Positions 39,794 through 53,229 of a stretch of 64,000 nucleotides of DNA are shown in pieces. How positions within the stretch are numbered: position 1 is the first letter of the stretch; each line of letters begins with the position of its first letter. The stretch is taken from contig NC_043020.1 of NCBI RefSeq assembly GCF_006345805.1, positions 25,916,001 to 25,980,000 of the forward strand, written 5' to 3'. Origin of the DNA: Octopus sinensis (Eukaryota). The notes beneath the pieces were generated by a model. It was not told where the DNA came from. It ran no database searches and saw only the letters and a list, made by a program, of their open reading frames with translations. The position numbers were made by a program, and so were the translations under genes.

Positions 39794-39982
39794 AATAAGC
39801 AGAAAATGGAGAACACTTTTGATCAGCAAACAAACAAATTGATCAACATCGATTAATTACTTTTTAATACAATACATAACACTATGTTATGTTATGTTTT
39901 GTATTCAAAATTAATTACCCGATGTTGATCGATTTGTTTTGTCTGTTTGTTGATCAAAAGTTTTCTCCATTTTCGGCTTATT
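39794..39982. repeat. ~190-bp imperfect fold-back palindrome abutting (TA)n
   Basis: AATAAGCAGAAAATGGAGAA...CATAAC-TAT-GTTATG...TTCTCCATTTTCGGCTTATT. Confidence 0.8.
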
Positions 39983-39984
39983 TT

Positions 39985-40022
<38 letters not shown>

Positions 40023-40029
<7 letters not shown>

Positions 40030-40285
40030 ATCACGTGACCGACCATTGTTTTAGCCTTCGAATGACGCTATCCCGCTGGCTAAGCGAGCAGGCCAACAGA
40101 AGAAAGAGTGAGAGAAAGAGTGGTGAAAGAGTACAGCAGGGATCACCACCACACCCTGCCGGAGCCTCGTGGAGCTTTTAAGGTGTTTTCGCACAATAAA
40201 CACATACAACGCCCGGTCTGGGAATCGAAGCCGCGATCCTTCGACCGCGAGTTCGCTGCCCTAACCACTAGGCCATTGCGCCTCC

Positions 40286-40286
<1 letters not shown>
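40023..40286 (-). mobile_element. tRNA-derived SINE, family D head and body with a different tail
   Basis: Minus-strand head GGAGGCGCAATGGCCTAGTGGTTAGGGCAGCG and B-box-like GCTTCGATTCCC. Confidence 0.8.
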
Positions 40287-40316
<30 letters not shown>

Positions 40317-41054
40317 TGGCGGGGGGTTACTATATATATATATATATATGTGTGTGTTGTGTGTGTGTGTGTGTAAATATACGCTTGCATATCTGCATCC
40401 TATGCGTGCGCTTTTTACTCGCTTATACCCTAGGACAGAAATAGCGTGCAGTATGTAATATCAGGCGGTTCAGAAGTCAATGTATACAGTTCTTCCCATA
40501 CTTCATTTACTCTCTCTCCTCTTCTACCTGTCCACTATCCACCCGTCCATATTTCATCTGTCTGTACTATACAATCATGTTGTACAACAGTGTATTGTAC
40601 TGAAATACTAATATATTGCTGGGAAATCTCATATCCGCTACCAGCATTTCCTGGTGAATTTGGCGTGAATATGAGAATATGCACTATTATATAGACAAAC
40701 ACATTGATCTCTGTCTCTCTCCCACCCTGCTCACACACGGTCACATATTTGCACTAACAAGCTCATGGGTGTACACACAGAGTCACGTACAGACAAGGAC
40801 AGATATACGACATAACATAACATATAGGTACATACACGTTTTCACAATCGAACAAAAGCCTACATATGTATATAGTGTAAATATATTAGAATTATAAGTA
40901 TCTGCACATACACACACACACAAACATATATATATATATATATAGATACATACATATGCATATATGTACATATGTATGAGTGTATATATATGTATACATA
41001 CATACATGCATGTATGTCTGTATCTGTACAGACATGCACATATTGTTAGACTAA

Positions 41055-41192
<138 letters not shown>

Positions 41193-41641
41193 CATACATT
41201 TATACATGTTAATATACATGGATAGTAGAACCCACACACACACATGCACACGCACACACACGCACACACATATCTATATACAAAATCAAACAAATATAGG
41301 TCAAATTTTATGCATGAAAGAATTTCTCTCTGTACGTGTTCATGCGTAAACTTTGCGAGTGTGTGTGTCTGTGAGAGTGATGTAAAAATGAAAGTGTACG
41401 ACAAAAATTGCTTTTCTGTATTTACACTCATTACGCAGGGCCTAAATGTCTTTATTAACCACAACATTCAAGTATCCAGGTCAATATAATCGACCACAAA
41501 TGTCTACGTTTATTTAATTTATGTTTGGCAATGCCATCAAACAAGTAGTTTCTAATTTCTGTCCCAGCTTCATCATTCCGTAGAAAACTCTTCTGGCAAT
41601 GCTTGGCAAAATTTTCTCCATTGATAACTGCTGGTGCTCCA

Positions 41642-42296
41642 TAGAAATTTCCCGTAGCCTCCATCTCATAAGAGCTTCACCAATCTTATCACACCACGAT
41701 GTACCAGAAGAGATAAAAGGATGTTATTATTTTTTGTGCGCAGTTTCCTAAGCTAAGAAGATACATGGATGTGTGGAAAGAAGCTTGCTTCCCAACCACA
41801 TGGTGCCGGGTTCAAGCACTGCTGTGTGACACCTTGAGAAAATGTCACTTTTAGAAATTCCTCGTAGCCTCCATCTCATAAGAGCTTCACCAATCTTTTT
41901 TTTATTACCCACAAGGGGCTAAACATAGAGGGGACAAACAAGGACAAAGGGATTTAGTCGATTACACCGACCCCAGTGTGTAACTGGTACTTATTTAATC
42001 GACCCTGAAAGGATGAATGGCGAAGCCGATCTCGGCGAATTTGAGCTCAGAACGTAGCGACAGACGAAATACCGCTAAGCATTTCGCCCGGTGTGCTAAC
42101 GATTTTGCCAGTTCGCCGCCTTAACAATAACAATCTTATCCCACCACGCTGTACTTGTAGAGATAAAAGGAAGTTATTTTTTTATATATAGTTTCCTAAG
42201 CTAAGAAGATACATGGATGTGTGGAACGAAGCTTGCTTCCCAACCACATGGTGCGGGTTCAAGCACTGCTCTGTGACACCTTGAGAAAATGTCTCT
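41642..42296. repeat. ~210-bp tandem duplication; copy 2 is interrupted by a SINE B
   Basis: TAGAAATT..CGTAGCCTCCATCTCATAAGAGCTTCACCAATCTT...CCTTGAGAAAATGTC occurs twice. Confidence 0.85.
41901..42122 (-). mobile_element. SINE family B with CAATCTT TSD
   Basis: Full head-core-tail on the minus strand. CAATCTT lies at 41891-41897 and 42131-42137, and the empty site is visible in duplication copy 1. Confidence 0.9.
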
Positions 42297-43093
42297 CACT
42301 ATAGCTTCGGGCCGATCAAAGGGTTTCCGTTTCCGGTTAACAAATCCACTCACAAGGATTTCATCGACCCGAAGCTGTAGTAGAAGACACTTACCTAAGA
42401 TTTCCCATATGGATAATGGCATATTGACGCGGCCCTACATTACATAATACTTGATAAGTGAAACTAAACGCTTATCTTCTAAGCATGTCTCTGCACAGGA
42501 GAAATTTCAAGTAATGTAGTACCAAGTCAGTTGGCCATTAAAATACAGCTCCCTCCGTTATTTGAAATTTTATAACAATAACTGTAGCATTAAGTATCTC
42601 ATCTTCATTGTAAAACTAGAAAGTATTTTCAATATCTCGTGTCTATTTCTAGCATGTTTCTGTACGACATCTTAGTAACCATCTGTAAAGGTAGATTCTG
42701 CCATTGCGCAGCTGTAAATTTAGATTTTCTTTTACATTCATTAATGATAATGTGAATCTGAGTTGGATTTGTGGCTAATAGCCACCGATGAATTCGCGGT
42801 GAGTGATTGGTTTTGCTTATAATATAAGCGTATAAGTTTCAATTGAATGTTATAATCTTTGTCTAGACAACACACAGCGTTTCATTCGAATGTCTATGTG
42901 TTCTGTCAGGGTTGGGTATTTTCGTGTGATTGAGTAGGAGATCGGTAAATGTGATCTATGCGTGAAAACACAAAATTCTAGTTGTTGCTTCTGTGACTTT
43001 GTAGGTGCTCATTAGACGCAGGTAGACAATGGTGGAACAGACTTGTAATCAAAAGCATTCCAGCTACGAACGTCATCCCGTAAATTACCAATA

Positions 43094-43131
<38 letters not shown>

Positions 43132-43135
43132 TATA

Positions 43136-43188
<53 letters not shown>

Positions 43189-45547
43189 TATGTATGTGTA
43201 TGTATATATAAACAGATCGACGTATACATATGTATGTATATATGTGTATATATGTACATGAACGTGTGTATGAGTGTTATACATAATTCTTATATATAAG
43301 AATTATATATAACGAGGTCGTTATGAAGCACAAGCTTTGCTAGAAATAGGAGTCAAATATACGCTGAAGCTACAACAACTGACATTATAATTTCACAGGC
43401 ATGGTTGCAAAAAAATCAAGATGAATAAGGATTGTGTCTTACCTCTGCAAAATAGTAAGAAGGAATGCTTGTTAATTTGGTATCTCTTCAGGAAATCTAC
43501 CCATAACAAAAGTATATATCACTGCAACCAATTCAATGCCTGTCTTCGTTTTAGTGTCCAAACCGCATTGAGAAAACGAATTAAGTAAATGTAATAAAAT
43601 ATATTTATATAGGTGCAGGGTGGCCGTCTGGTTCAGTCTCACTGCGTGACACCTTAGGCAAGTGTCCTCTACTATAGCTTCGGGCCGACCAAAGCCTTGT
43701 GAGTGGATTTGGTAGATGGAAACTGAAAGAAGCCCGTCGTATATATATATATATATATACGTATGTATATTACTCAAACATGTATGCGTGTACATATGTA
43801 TATATATATATATATATACATACTTACGCGTGCACACATACATATATGCATAGTTTTGTTTTCTTTCTCTCGCTCACACCGCTTGACAGCGGTACTTTTT
43901 GTCTTCGCCACCATCACTGAGCAGTTCAGCAAAAGATCCCGACTAAAAGCGTACTAGACATTAAAAAGAAAAACAAATAATGCGGTCGATTTGTTGAAAG
44001 AAACGCTTCAACACATTGCCCCAGCATGACATCAATGCAGTGACTAAAATTATTGAACTATAAAAGATACTTCAGTCTGAGGCTGTTATTGATAGAAATT
44101 GGAATTGTTTACGTCCATTTCATGTCTGAATTCAGATCACACTGAGGTGTTGCTATCGTTAAATCTTTCTTCGAACTGATAAGAAAAATACCAGTTATAA
44201 ACTGGTATATTTTTTAAAATGGTTATTCTCTTTTTGGCTTTCATTATTACTTCTAGTAAACACTCTAACCAATGAGAGTGGCATCTATGCAAAATGCTAA
44301 AATAGCAACGAAATCGTCTTAAAAACAAATACCGTCATTAAACAAAAATACAAAACGGACATATTCGGAAATGTTGTCTAATATATACTATGTCTGATAA
44401 AAGAGAGCATAGCCTCTCATGGCTAGAACTTCTTTGATTTTACTTTTGCTTGATCTTGGCTGAACCACTCTAAACACAAACAAACATCACAACGACAATG
44501 ATAGTTACATCAGTAGCAGACACTGCTACAACCACAAAACAACAATAGCAACCTGAGTAAAAGCGGAACCATTAGCAAAAACAACAACAGCAGCAGCCAT
44601 AAACAACATCATCATCAATAACCATTATTATGTCGTCTACGTTTGAAGAAGTACTATTTGTGTTTCTTTGTTTTTTCACTCCAATCTCCTGTCTGTGTAT
44701 TTGTGCGTGTGTTTATGTGTATGTAAATGTGTGAGCATGTCTAGTTGCCTGTGTGTGTGCATGTACGTTTATTTATCTGTCCGTATGTGCATTGTGTATA
44801 TATGTGTTTCTGTGTGCGTATATATGTATGATATGTATTCGTGTATACATATGCGTGCGTGTGTGAGTGAGTGTGAGTGTGGCATGTTGCTGTTGTTGAA
44901 AGTAGCGGTTGTCTGACTGGTTGGTTTGTTTTTAGTGTGTTTATATTTGATGTTCTTTTATGTCGCTAAGTAAGAAGAAAAGATGGCGGATTTTCGCAGC
45001 TGCTACTTTACGTCTATTTACTTAAGAGAGCAGGTTTCAAGGTGATTGATGTTAGATTCTAAGCAGTTGTGCAAATGAATTTGGGAAATTGTGGCAGGAC
45101 GTGACCGTAGTGTCATCAATGTATTAGGAAGTTTGTATGATTTACACAAGTGCAGAAGGTCGTTGAGAGGTATTAGTACAATAAATAAATACATAAGCAA
45201 AAAGGATAATAAATATATAAATAAATGAATAAATAAGCTGCTGAAATGAAGCAATAGTGTCGCTCACCATTCAGTAAATTACATAGACTTAATGTGTTAT
45301 TATTGTTTAGTGTATATATATATATACCGCACGGAAATACAGCCAAGTAACCAGCGTTTTGTGATGTTTCTTAAAGAGTTATATGTATTGTGTGTGTGTG
45401 TGTGTTTGTTTGTGAGTGTGTGTGTGTTTGTTTGTGAGTGTGTGTGTGTATGTATATATATATATATATATATACATACATATATATATATATATACATA
45501 TATATATAAGGCAAAAGAAGAAAATGACTCTCCCCAGACACAACAGC

Positions 45548-45609
<62 letters not shown>

Positions 45610-45697
45610 AGGGTGTATGTAATATGTTCGTGTATATATATATGGATGGATGGATGTGTGTGAGTGTGTGCGTAATATATATATATATATATATATA

Positions 45698-45816
<119 letters not shown>

Positions 45817-46329
45817 TCATATATATATATATATGTATGTATTTGTGTGTGTGTTGTGTCTATGTGTGTTGTGTGTGTATGATTTAATATGCTGTTTATA
45901 TAAGTGAGTTACCGCAAATGAAGTTTCGAAATCGTTTTTTTTTTTTTTTCGTTATTATTTTCTCTCTTTCCTAATGTGGATGCTACTTAACGTGTCGTTT
46001 GCAGTTTCTTTTAATCTTTATTAAAGCCGTCTTCAAGACGTTGTATAATGTTTGCAAGTCGAGCGTGGTTATATTACAATAGACTCTCAACATGTCTAAC
46101 ATGGAGCGAAATGGAAAAAGAAATGTATAGGCGCGTGTATTTTTGTGTTTGTTTCTGCTGTTTAACACTTTGGTTGTTTTGCTCGTTAATGCGAGATACA
46201 AATAATATTTGCTAGTTTTCTGCTCTTTGTTGCTTTAATTCTTCGCTATTGTTTTTCTGGTTGCAGTTGCTGTTTATATTAGTGGCTCTATGTTTAGCTG
46301 TCGTAGTCTGAGATTTATGCATTTAGTGT

Positions 46330-47012
46330 CGGAGTATTTGTGGGTTTTTTTTTAAATGTTATTATTATTATTATTATTATTATTCCTGATGTTTCTATTT
46401 TTCATCAAGTTGGCCATTTTGCCATGTAATTCCTTGCAGACATAATTGACTTACATTCTGTTGTAGATTGATTAAGGGAAGACTTCTATAACTGATCTCT
46501 TACATTTCTATACACATTTAGCTAAGCGTCAGAGTGACAAGATCATTAAGAAAACAAGGGTGTAGGTGTGAGTTTGTTTCCATTCTTTGTGCTTTGAGTT
46601 CAAATTCCGCGAGCGTTAAATTGACATTTAATTCCTCCTTTAATTTTTTGGTAATAAAGTACGTGCACTGGTATTTTCGGAGTATTTGTGGGTTTTTTTA
46701 AAAATGTTTTTATTATTATTCCTGATGTTTCTATTTTTCATCAAGTTGGCCATTTTGCCATGTAATTCCTTGCAGACATAATTGACTTACATTCTGTTGT
46801 AGATTGATTAAGGGAAAGCTTCTATAACTGATCTCTTACATTTCTATACACATTTAGCTAAGCGTCAGAGTGACAAGATCATTAAGAAAACAAGGGGGTG
46901 GGTGAGGGTTTGTTTCCATTCTTTGTGATTTGAGTTCAAATTCCGCGAACGTTAAATTGACATTTAATTCCACCTTTAGTTTTTTGGTTATAAAGTACCT
47001 GCCCTGGTATTT
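46330..47012. repeat. 348-bp tandem duplication
   Basis: CGGAGTATTTGTGGG at 46330 and 46678. The copies differ mainly by substitutions. Confidence 0.9.
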
Positions 47013-47255
47013 TGTTTATTGACCTGGATATTTAGTGAAATTAATAGCTATCGAAACATATAAGTTATTTTGTCGATATGTTCCAGCTCTTTGGGTTGTG
47101 AGTTAAATTTCTGCCTCTTGTTATCGTTAGGCAGAGGGCACGCACATCCATGATGCGCGTGCAGTGTGTACGTCTCTCGTTTATTTCTATGAATGTAAGT
47201 ATTTCACTCTATCTATCTCTCTATCTGTCTATCTATCTATCTATCTATCTATCTG

Positions 47256-47308
<53 letters not shown>

Positions 47309-47493
47309 TTTGTTCTTTTTCCCCTTTTACGATCCCTTTTGATCGAAAACCTACGCCACCTTTTTTTGTTTCTTTTGTTTTTTGTTTTTTGTTTTTTTTT
47401 CATCCCCCAAAAGAAAAGCTCTACCTTGTAACTTGTCCCATCTGTGTGCAGCCCTGTGTGGCCAATAAAGAAACTTATCTATCTATCTGTCTG

Positions 47494-47528
<35 letters not shown>

Positions 47529-47569
47529 ATCTATCTATCTATCTATCTCTCTGTCTGTCTATCCATCTA

Positions 47570-47600
<31 letters not shown>

Positions 47601-47869
47601 TTATCTACATACCTATCTATCTATCTATTTATCTATCCATCCATCCATCCATCCATCCATCCATACAGAGTGTGGCATAAAGGTGCCCTGATTTCAAAGT
47701 TTGATAAACAAAGAAACACATGAAGATGCAAAAAAACAAAACAAACGATGCTCTCCACTGAGGGCCATAGCGGGCACTACTTGAAAGCAGAAACAAAATG
47801 GCATTTATGAACTTCATAAGAATATAAATATTTTTCACGCATCTTTCTGTGTTTGTTTTTATTATTTCG

Positions 47870-48484
47870 GCAGACGAAATACCTATTTCTTTATTGCCCA
47901 CAAGGGGCTGAACATAGAGGGGACAAACAAGGACAGACAAACGTATTAAGCCGATTACATCGGCCCCAGTGCGTAACTGGTACGTATTTACTCGACTCCG
48001 GAAGGATGAAACGCTAAGTCGACCTCAGCATAATTTGAACTCAGAACGTAACAGCAGACGAAATACCTATTTCTTTACTACCCACAAGGGGCTAAACATA
48101 GAGGGAACAAACAAGGGCAGAGAAACGGATGAAGTTGATTATATCGACCCCAGTGCGTAACTGGTACGTATTTACTCGACTCCGGAAGGATGAAAGGCTA
48201 AGTCGACCTCAGCATAATTTGAACTCAGAACGTAACGGAAGACGAAATACCTATTTCTTTACTACCCACAAGGGGCTAAACATAGAGGGAACAAACAAGG
48301 GCAGACAAACGGATTAAGTTGATTATATCGACCCCAGTGCGTAACTGGTACGTATTTAATCGACTCCGGAAGGATGAAAGGCTAAGTCGACCTCAGCATA
48401 ATTTGAACTCAGAACGTAACAGTAGACGAAATCCCACTTAGCATTTCGCCCGGCGTGCTAACGATTCTGCCAGCACGCCGCCTT
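47870..48484 (-). mobile_element. SINE B concatemer: one head plus three 184-bp body-tail units
   Basis: The AGACGAAAT anchor recurs at about 47872, 48056, 48240 and 48424. Confidence 0.9.
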
Positions 48485-48885
48485 TATGGGACTTTATATT
48501 GCCTGCTGTTTACGTTATTTGGGAATCGTGGGCGTCGCCGTTCTGTTCTTTGTGGTTCTTATTGCTTTATTTCCTAATCTTTGACCAAAGGTGTCGCTGC
48601 TTTACTATTTATTTAAGACTTCTTAAATCTTGTATAACCTTCATTTTTATTGGAATTGGTATACAAACAGGCAGCAGGTGTAAAAATGCAGGAAAAGCAA
48701 ATAAATATATAATCAATTGAAATTACAGTGATTCATTCTCTATTACAATAATAGAAATATCGATGACAGCGGTCAATTTTGAGTGATTGGATGACTGAAA
48801 ATATTTTGTTGTTGCCGCTGCATCTGCTGCATCTGCTGCAGCTGCTGCTGTAATTGATATCGATGATGTATGGTAAGAAGTAGAT

Positions 48886-49181
48886 AGGCGGCGAGATGGC
48901 AGAAACGTTAGCACGCCGGGCGAAATGCGTAGCCGTATTTCGTCTTCCGTTACGTTCTGAGTTCAAATTCCGCCGAAGTCGACTTTGCTTTCTATCCTTT
49001 CGGGATCGATAAATTAAGTATCAGTTACGCACTTGGTCGATATAATCGACTCAATCCATTTGTCTGTCCTTGTTTGTCCCCTCTGTGTTTAGCCCCTTGT
49101 GGGTAGTAAAGAAATAGGTATTTCGTCTGCTGCTACGTTCTGAGTTCAAATTCCGTGCTAACTTTTCTGCCAGCTCACCGC
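48886..49181 (+). mobile_element. SINE B with the start of a second unit and an inverted head fragment
   Basis: GTATTTCGTC occurs at 48935 and 49118. Segment 49156-49181 is the reverse complement of the family head. Confidence 0.85.
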
Positions 49182-49551
49182 ATTCAGATGATAACCATCT
49201 CACATTCAATCTGATTGTTCTGATTCACCTTAATCTTTGCATGTGCACGGATATGACTTTTCACACGATTTATTTCAAACCATGAGGGTTTATAAAATAG
49301 AAAATGGATCGGGAAATGAAATGGTAGTGAGAAAGCTGAACCTCATAGCATTTCAGTGACAAGGATTTTGCGAAAAGTTTGCCCGTTTCTCAGTCGTCAT
49401 AGAAGGTTCCATTGCAAAGCGACTGATATTATTTTGACTTCCAGTTTTACGTCAGAGAGCCTTTCTCCTACAAAAGAAACCTTTCACACGAAATAATAAT
49501 ACTAATAATAATAATAATAATCATAATAATCTTAATAATAATAATAATAAC

Positions 49552-49589
<38 letters not shown>

Positions 49590-49609
49590 TAATAATAATA
49601 TTAATAATC

Positions 49610-49648
<39 letters not shown>

Positions 49649-49680
49649 TAATAATAATCTTAATAATAATAATAATAATA

Positions 49681-50825
49681 GAAGGTGGTAGAGGCCTTAT
49701 ACAGCTGGAAAACTTCTATAAAATAACCACCATAGGACTGCAAAAATATCTACTTCAGAAGGAAGGAAAACTGATCCAGATAGCGGCAAAACACGAGCAA
49801 AACAAAAAACTGTTCTCAGTATTTAAGGAAGCTAACAAATACAAACAAGAAATCATACCACCTAATAAACATGAAGGAGAAGAAGAAGATGAAGAAACAA
49901 CAAAAGCTATAAAACAAATGAGATCCAAACTAAAAATAGAACAGCAACGAACCATGATAAAACGATGGCAAGAAAAGCCCCTTCATGGTAAATACTGCAC
50001 TAAACTAAACGCAAAAGAAATAGACAAAGAAAAATCCCAGCAATGGTTGAGAAGCTCAGGACTCAAAGCAGAAACAGAGGGATTTTTAATTGCAGCACAA
50101 GACCAAAGCCTCCCCACCAGAAATTACCAAAAACATGTAATGAAAAGAAATATTACAAGTAACTGCAGAATATGTGGAGATGGACAAGAAACAATAAATC
50201 ATATTATCTCTAGCTGCCCAGTCCTGGCTAAGAAGGAATATATTCACAGACATGACAGAGTTGGAACCTACATACATTGGAAGCTATGCCAACATTATGG
50301 AATAACAACAGAAAAAAGATGGTATAGGCACACACCAGAAAAGGTCACAGAAAACGAGAAAGCAACCATACTCTGGGATATGCCGATACACACAGATAGA
50401 GAAATTAAGGCCAACAGACCAGATATAGTTGTCAGAGACCATGAAGAAAAAAAATGCTTTCTAATTGATGTATCAATACCGGCTGATGACAACGTGTCTC
50501 TAAAAGAAATGGAGAAACTCTCAAAATACAAAGACCTGGAAATAGAGGTAACTAGAATGTGGAATCTGAAAACAAACAATTTCTATCCTAGTAGGTGCAT
50601 TAGGCATGATAAAAAAATATTCAGACAAATACATAACAAAAACACCAGGACTTACAAACACATATAACATACAGAAAATTGCACTACTAGGCACTGCACA
50701 CATCCTACGCAGAACACTTTCCATACAATAACCATCAGAGCATCATAACAAATCACAGCACATACCCAAGGCACACAGAGCTGCGCTCGGTAGTGAAGTG
50801 AAAGCACGCTATAAAAATAAAACTA

Positions 50826-50830
<5 letters not shown>
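49681..50830 (+). mobile_element. 5'-truncated R4/Dong-clade non-LTR retrotransposon (restriction-like endonuclease type) embedded in (TAA)n
   Basis: An open frame runs from EGGRGL through CRICGDGQETINHIISSC (CCHC), RHD and RPDIVV...FLIDV...K. After one frameshift near 50577 it continues GALG...QKIALLGTAHILRRTL* (stop 50729-50731). (TAA)n flanks both sides. Confidence 0.9.
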
Positions 50831-50894
<64 letters not shown>

Positions 50895-50924
50895 CTTAAT
50901 AATAATAATAATAATCTTAATAAT

Positions 50925-50991
<67 letters not shown>

Positions 50992-51639
50992 TTTAGTATC
51001 CAAACGTTCATTATATCGAATATTTAGGCTGAAAATCTTGTTTACTGTTTTTAAAACGTTTATTTCTATTTTCGAAAGATAATAGCAGTACTTTCGATTC
51101 TTGATGCTGTCACTGTCGTGATTCCAGATAATTAAGTTAGCGTTCTGGCTTTTTTTTTTTCGCATAAGTTCTCACGACTCTTTGGCATGACTTTTCAACT
51201 GTAGGGGATGCTTGATGGATTAAGGAAGTTAGTGTATCTCCGTCGCTTTCGACGATGACGACGATTCAGTTGTTTGATCGACCGATTTACCTGCTCGTTG
51301 TATGAACGTGTTAGTGGTTGGGTATTCCACAGATACTGCTGCTCTTTCATTAATCTTCAGTTATAGTCGCTTTGACACAGCGTGCAACAAGGCTTTGCTT
51401 TTTAGTTAACACGACAATCAATCAGATAGGCTTCCCTCCAGTTTCCATCAACTCAATTTCACTTACAAGGCATGAATCGACCTTAGGCAATACGATAATA
51501 AACTTATACAAGAAACCATTTAGTGGGATCGAATCCAGGATCTCGCAGCTGTTAAGCAACATAATTAACCATTCAGCCAACTTCATTTACCCGAACTGGT
51601 TAAACTTTAAACTTTAACCAGTTAGGACGAATGAAACCT

Positions 51640-51948
51640 TTCTCAGCGAATTTGTGCCTATTGGCCCCTTCGATTCATATTTTACTCGGATTGACTCCCA
51701 TAGCCATTTGATTTTTTTTTTTTAAATCGTATATTTTTATAATTAAATGTTTTAAAGAATTGTATTTAAAAAAATGAGATATTTGGTTGAAGTAATAAAA
51801 AATTGTTACACAAAAATTTTAGCAACAAAACCTTATTTGGGACTCCAAGGAAGCACATGGCCTAGTAGTTAGAGCTGCAGACTCGCGGTCGAGGGATCGC
51901 TGGTTCGAATCTCAGACCGGGCAATATGGACCCCGATTGAGAACCACT
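51640..51948 (+). mobile_element. hAT-like MITE interrupted by a SINE D head (51849-51926)
   Basis: Removing the SINE head rejoins GGGACTCC|ATGGACCCCGATTGAGAACCACTG, an hAT MITE right end. The left boundary is approximate. Confidence 0.5.
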
Positions 51949-52017
51949 GGATTTTACAACTAGATTTTATCCTTGACGAATTCGCTTTTTTTTCACGAAT
52001 TATATTATTCAACGTTG

Positions 52018-52318
52018 GAGGCACATGGTCTAGTGGTTAGAGAAGCGGACTCGCGGTCGAGGGATCACTAGTTCGAATCTCAGACCGGACGATGTGTGTG
52101 TTTATGAGCGAAACACCTAAGCTCCACGCGGCTCCTGCAGAAGGTAATGGCGAACTTCTGCTGATTCTTTCGCCACAAATTTCTCTCACTCTTTCCTCTT
52201 GCATGTTGCAGCTCACCTGCGACGGACCGGCTTCCCTTCCAGGTGGGGAACCTATACGCCAAGGAAACCGGGTAACCGGCCCTTTTGAGCCAGGCGTGGC
52301 TCAAGAAGGAACAAACAT
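52018..52318 (+). mobile_element. SINE family D with V-domain-like tail
   Basis: A box TGGTCTAGTGG, B box GTTCGAATC, and CTGCGACGGACCGGC...GGAAACCGGG. Confidence 0.85.
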
Positions 52319-52933
52319 ATTATTGAATGTGAGATTTTGCCGCTGCTGTTAAGATTACGTGACACAATAGTGGCCACTAACACCGTAGGCATTTTAGTGG
52401 ATCTGTAGGATCCACCCACATTGCCGCCATCTTATTTACCAGTTGCACCTTCCAAATCAATATCAACTGGAATTTTTGTCTTCGATATCGAGATGTTTGT
52501 TGCTGCTGTTTTGGATGTCATGGCGCTTCCTGTCATTGACCTCTTGAACTTTGTCATTGTAGTTGTTTGGTATATCGATATATTTGTTCCTGTTATTATA
52601 TTCGATATCGATATGCTTGCTGAGGTGATGTTTGTTTTGGTTCTTGTTTTAGATCACGTGTTAGCTGTTGACGTAGTTGCAGTTTTAGTTATGGAGATGT
52701 CACTCTCTCTGTTGCTGGCGTTCGTTCAGATGACATAGTGTTTGATATTTTAAGATATTGAGTTCTTTGTTGTAGCTGTTGTCTTGGACTGCGTTGTGTT
52801 TGCTTTCTTTGTTATTGTCGATAACATGGTATGAACTGTTCCATGTTGACTTTTATTTTATTGAACCATTTTTCCGACTGAGAAAATTCAATATTTTGTT
52901 TTTATTTTCGTCTGGAATAATAAATTGGAGACT

Positions 52934-53229
52934 TCGTCGCCTTTTTCAAGCCTAGCCAGGCTCATGGGTCCGGTTTCCCGGTTTGTGTAGCGTATGTTTT
53001 TCCCCCAGTCCATCGCAGCGTTACTCAAGAAACAGGAAGAGAGAGTGAGAGAAAGTTGTGGTGAAAGAGTACAACAGGGGTCGCCACTACCCCCCCCCCT
53101 GCCGGAGCCTCGTGGAGCTCTTAGGTGTTTTCGCTCAATAAACACACACAACGCCTGGTCTGGGAATCGAAACCGCGATCCTCCGACCGCGAATCCGCTG
53201 CCCTAACCACTGGGCCATTGCGCCTCCAC
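52934..53229 (-). mobile_element. SINE family D with 12-bp TSD
   Basis: Flanked by AAATTGGAGACT at 52922-52933 and 53230-53241. Confidence 0.9.

Noticed and set aside
47870-48484. Regularly spaced repeats as a CRISPR array
   Set aside because: Whole 184-bp units repeat with no unique spacers, the context is eukaryotic, and no cas genes are present.
52018-52095. tRNA-like sequences with A and B boxes (also 12224, 26365, 40210, 53150)
   Set aside because: These are SINE heads that continue into SINE bodies and lack a proper acceptor stem.
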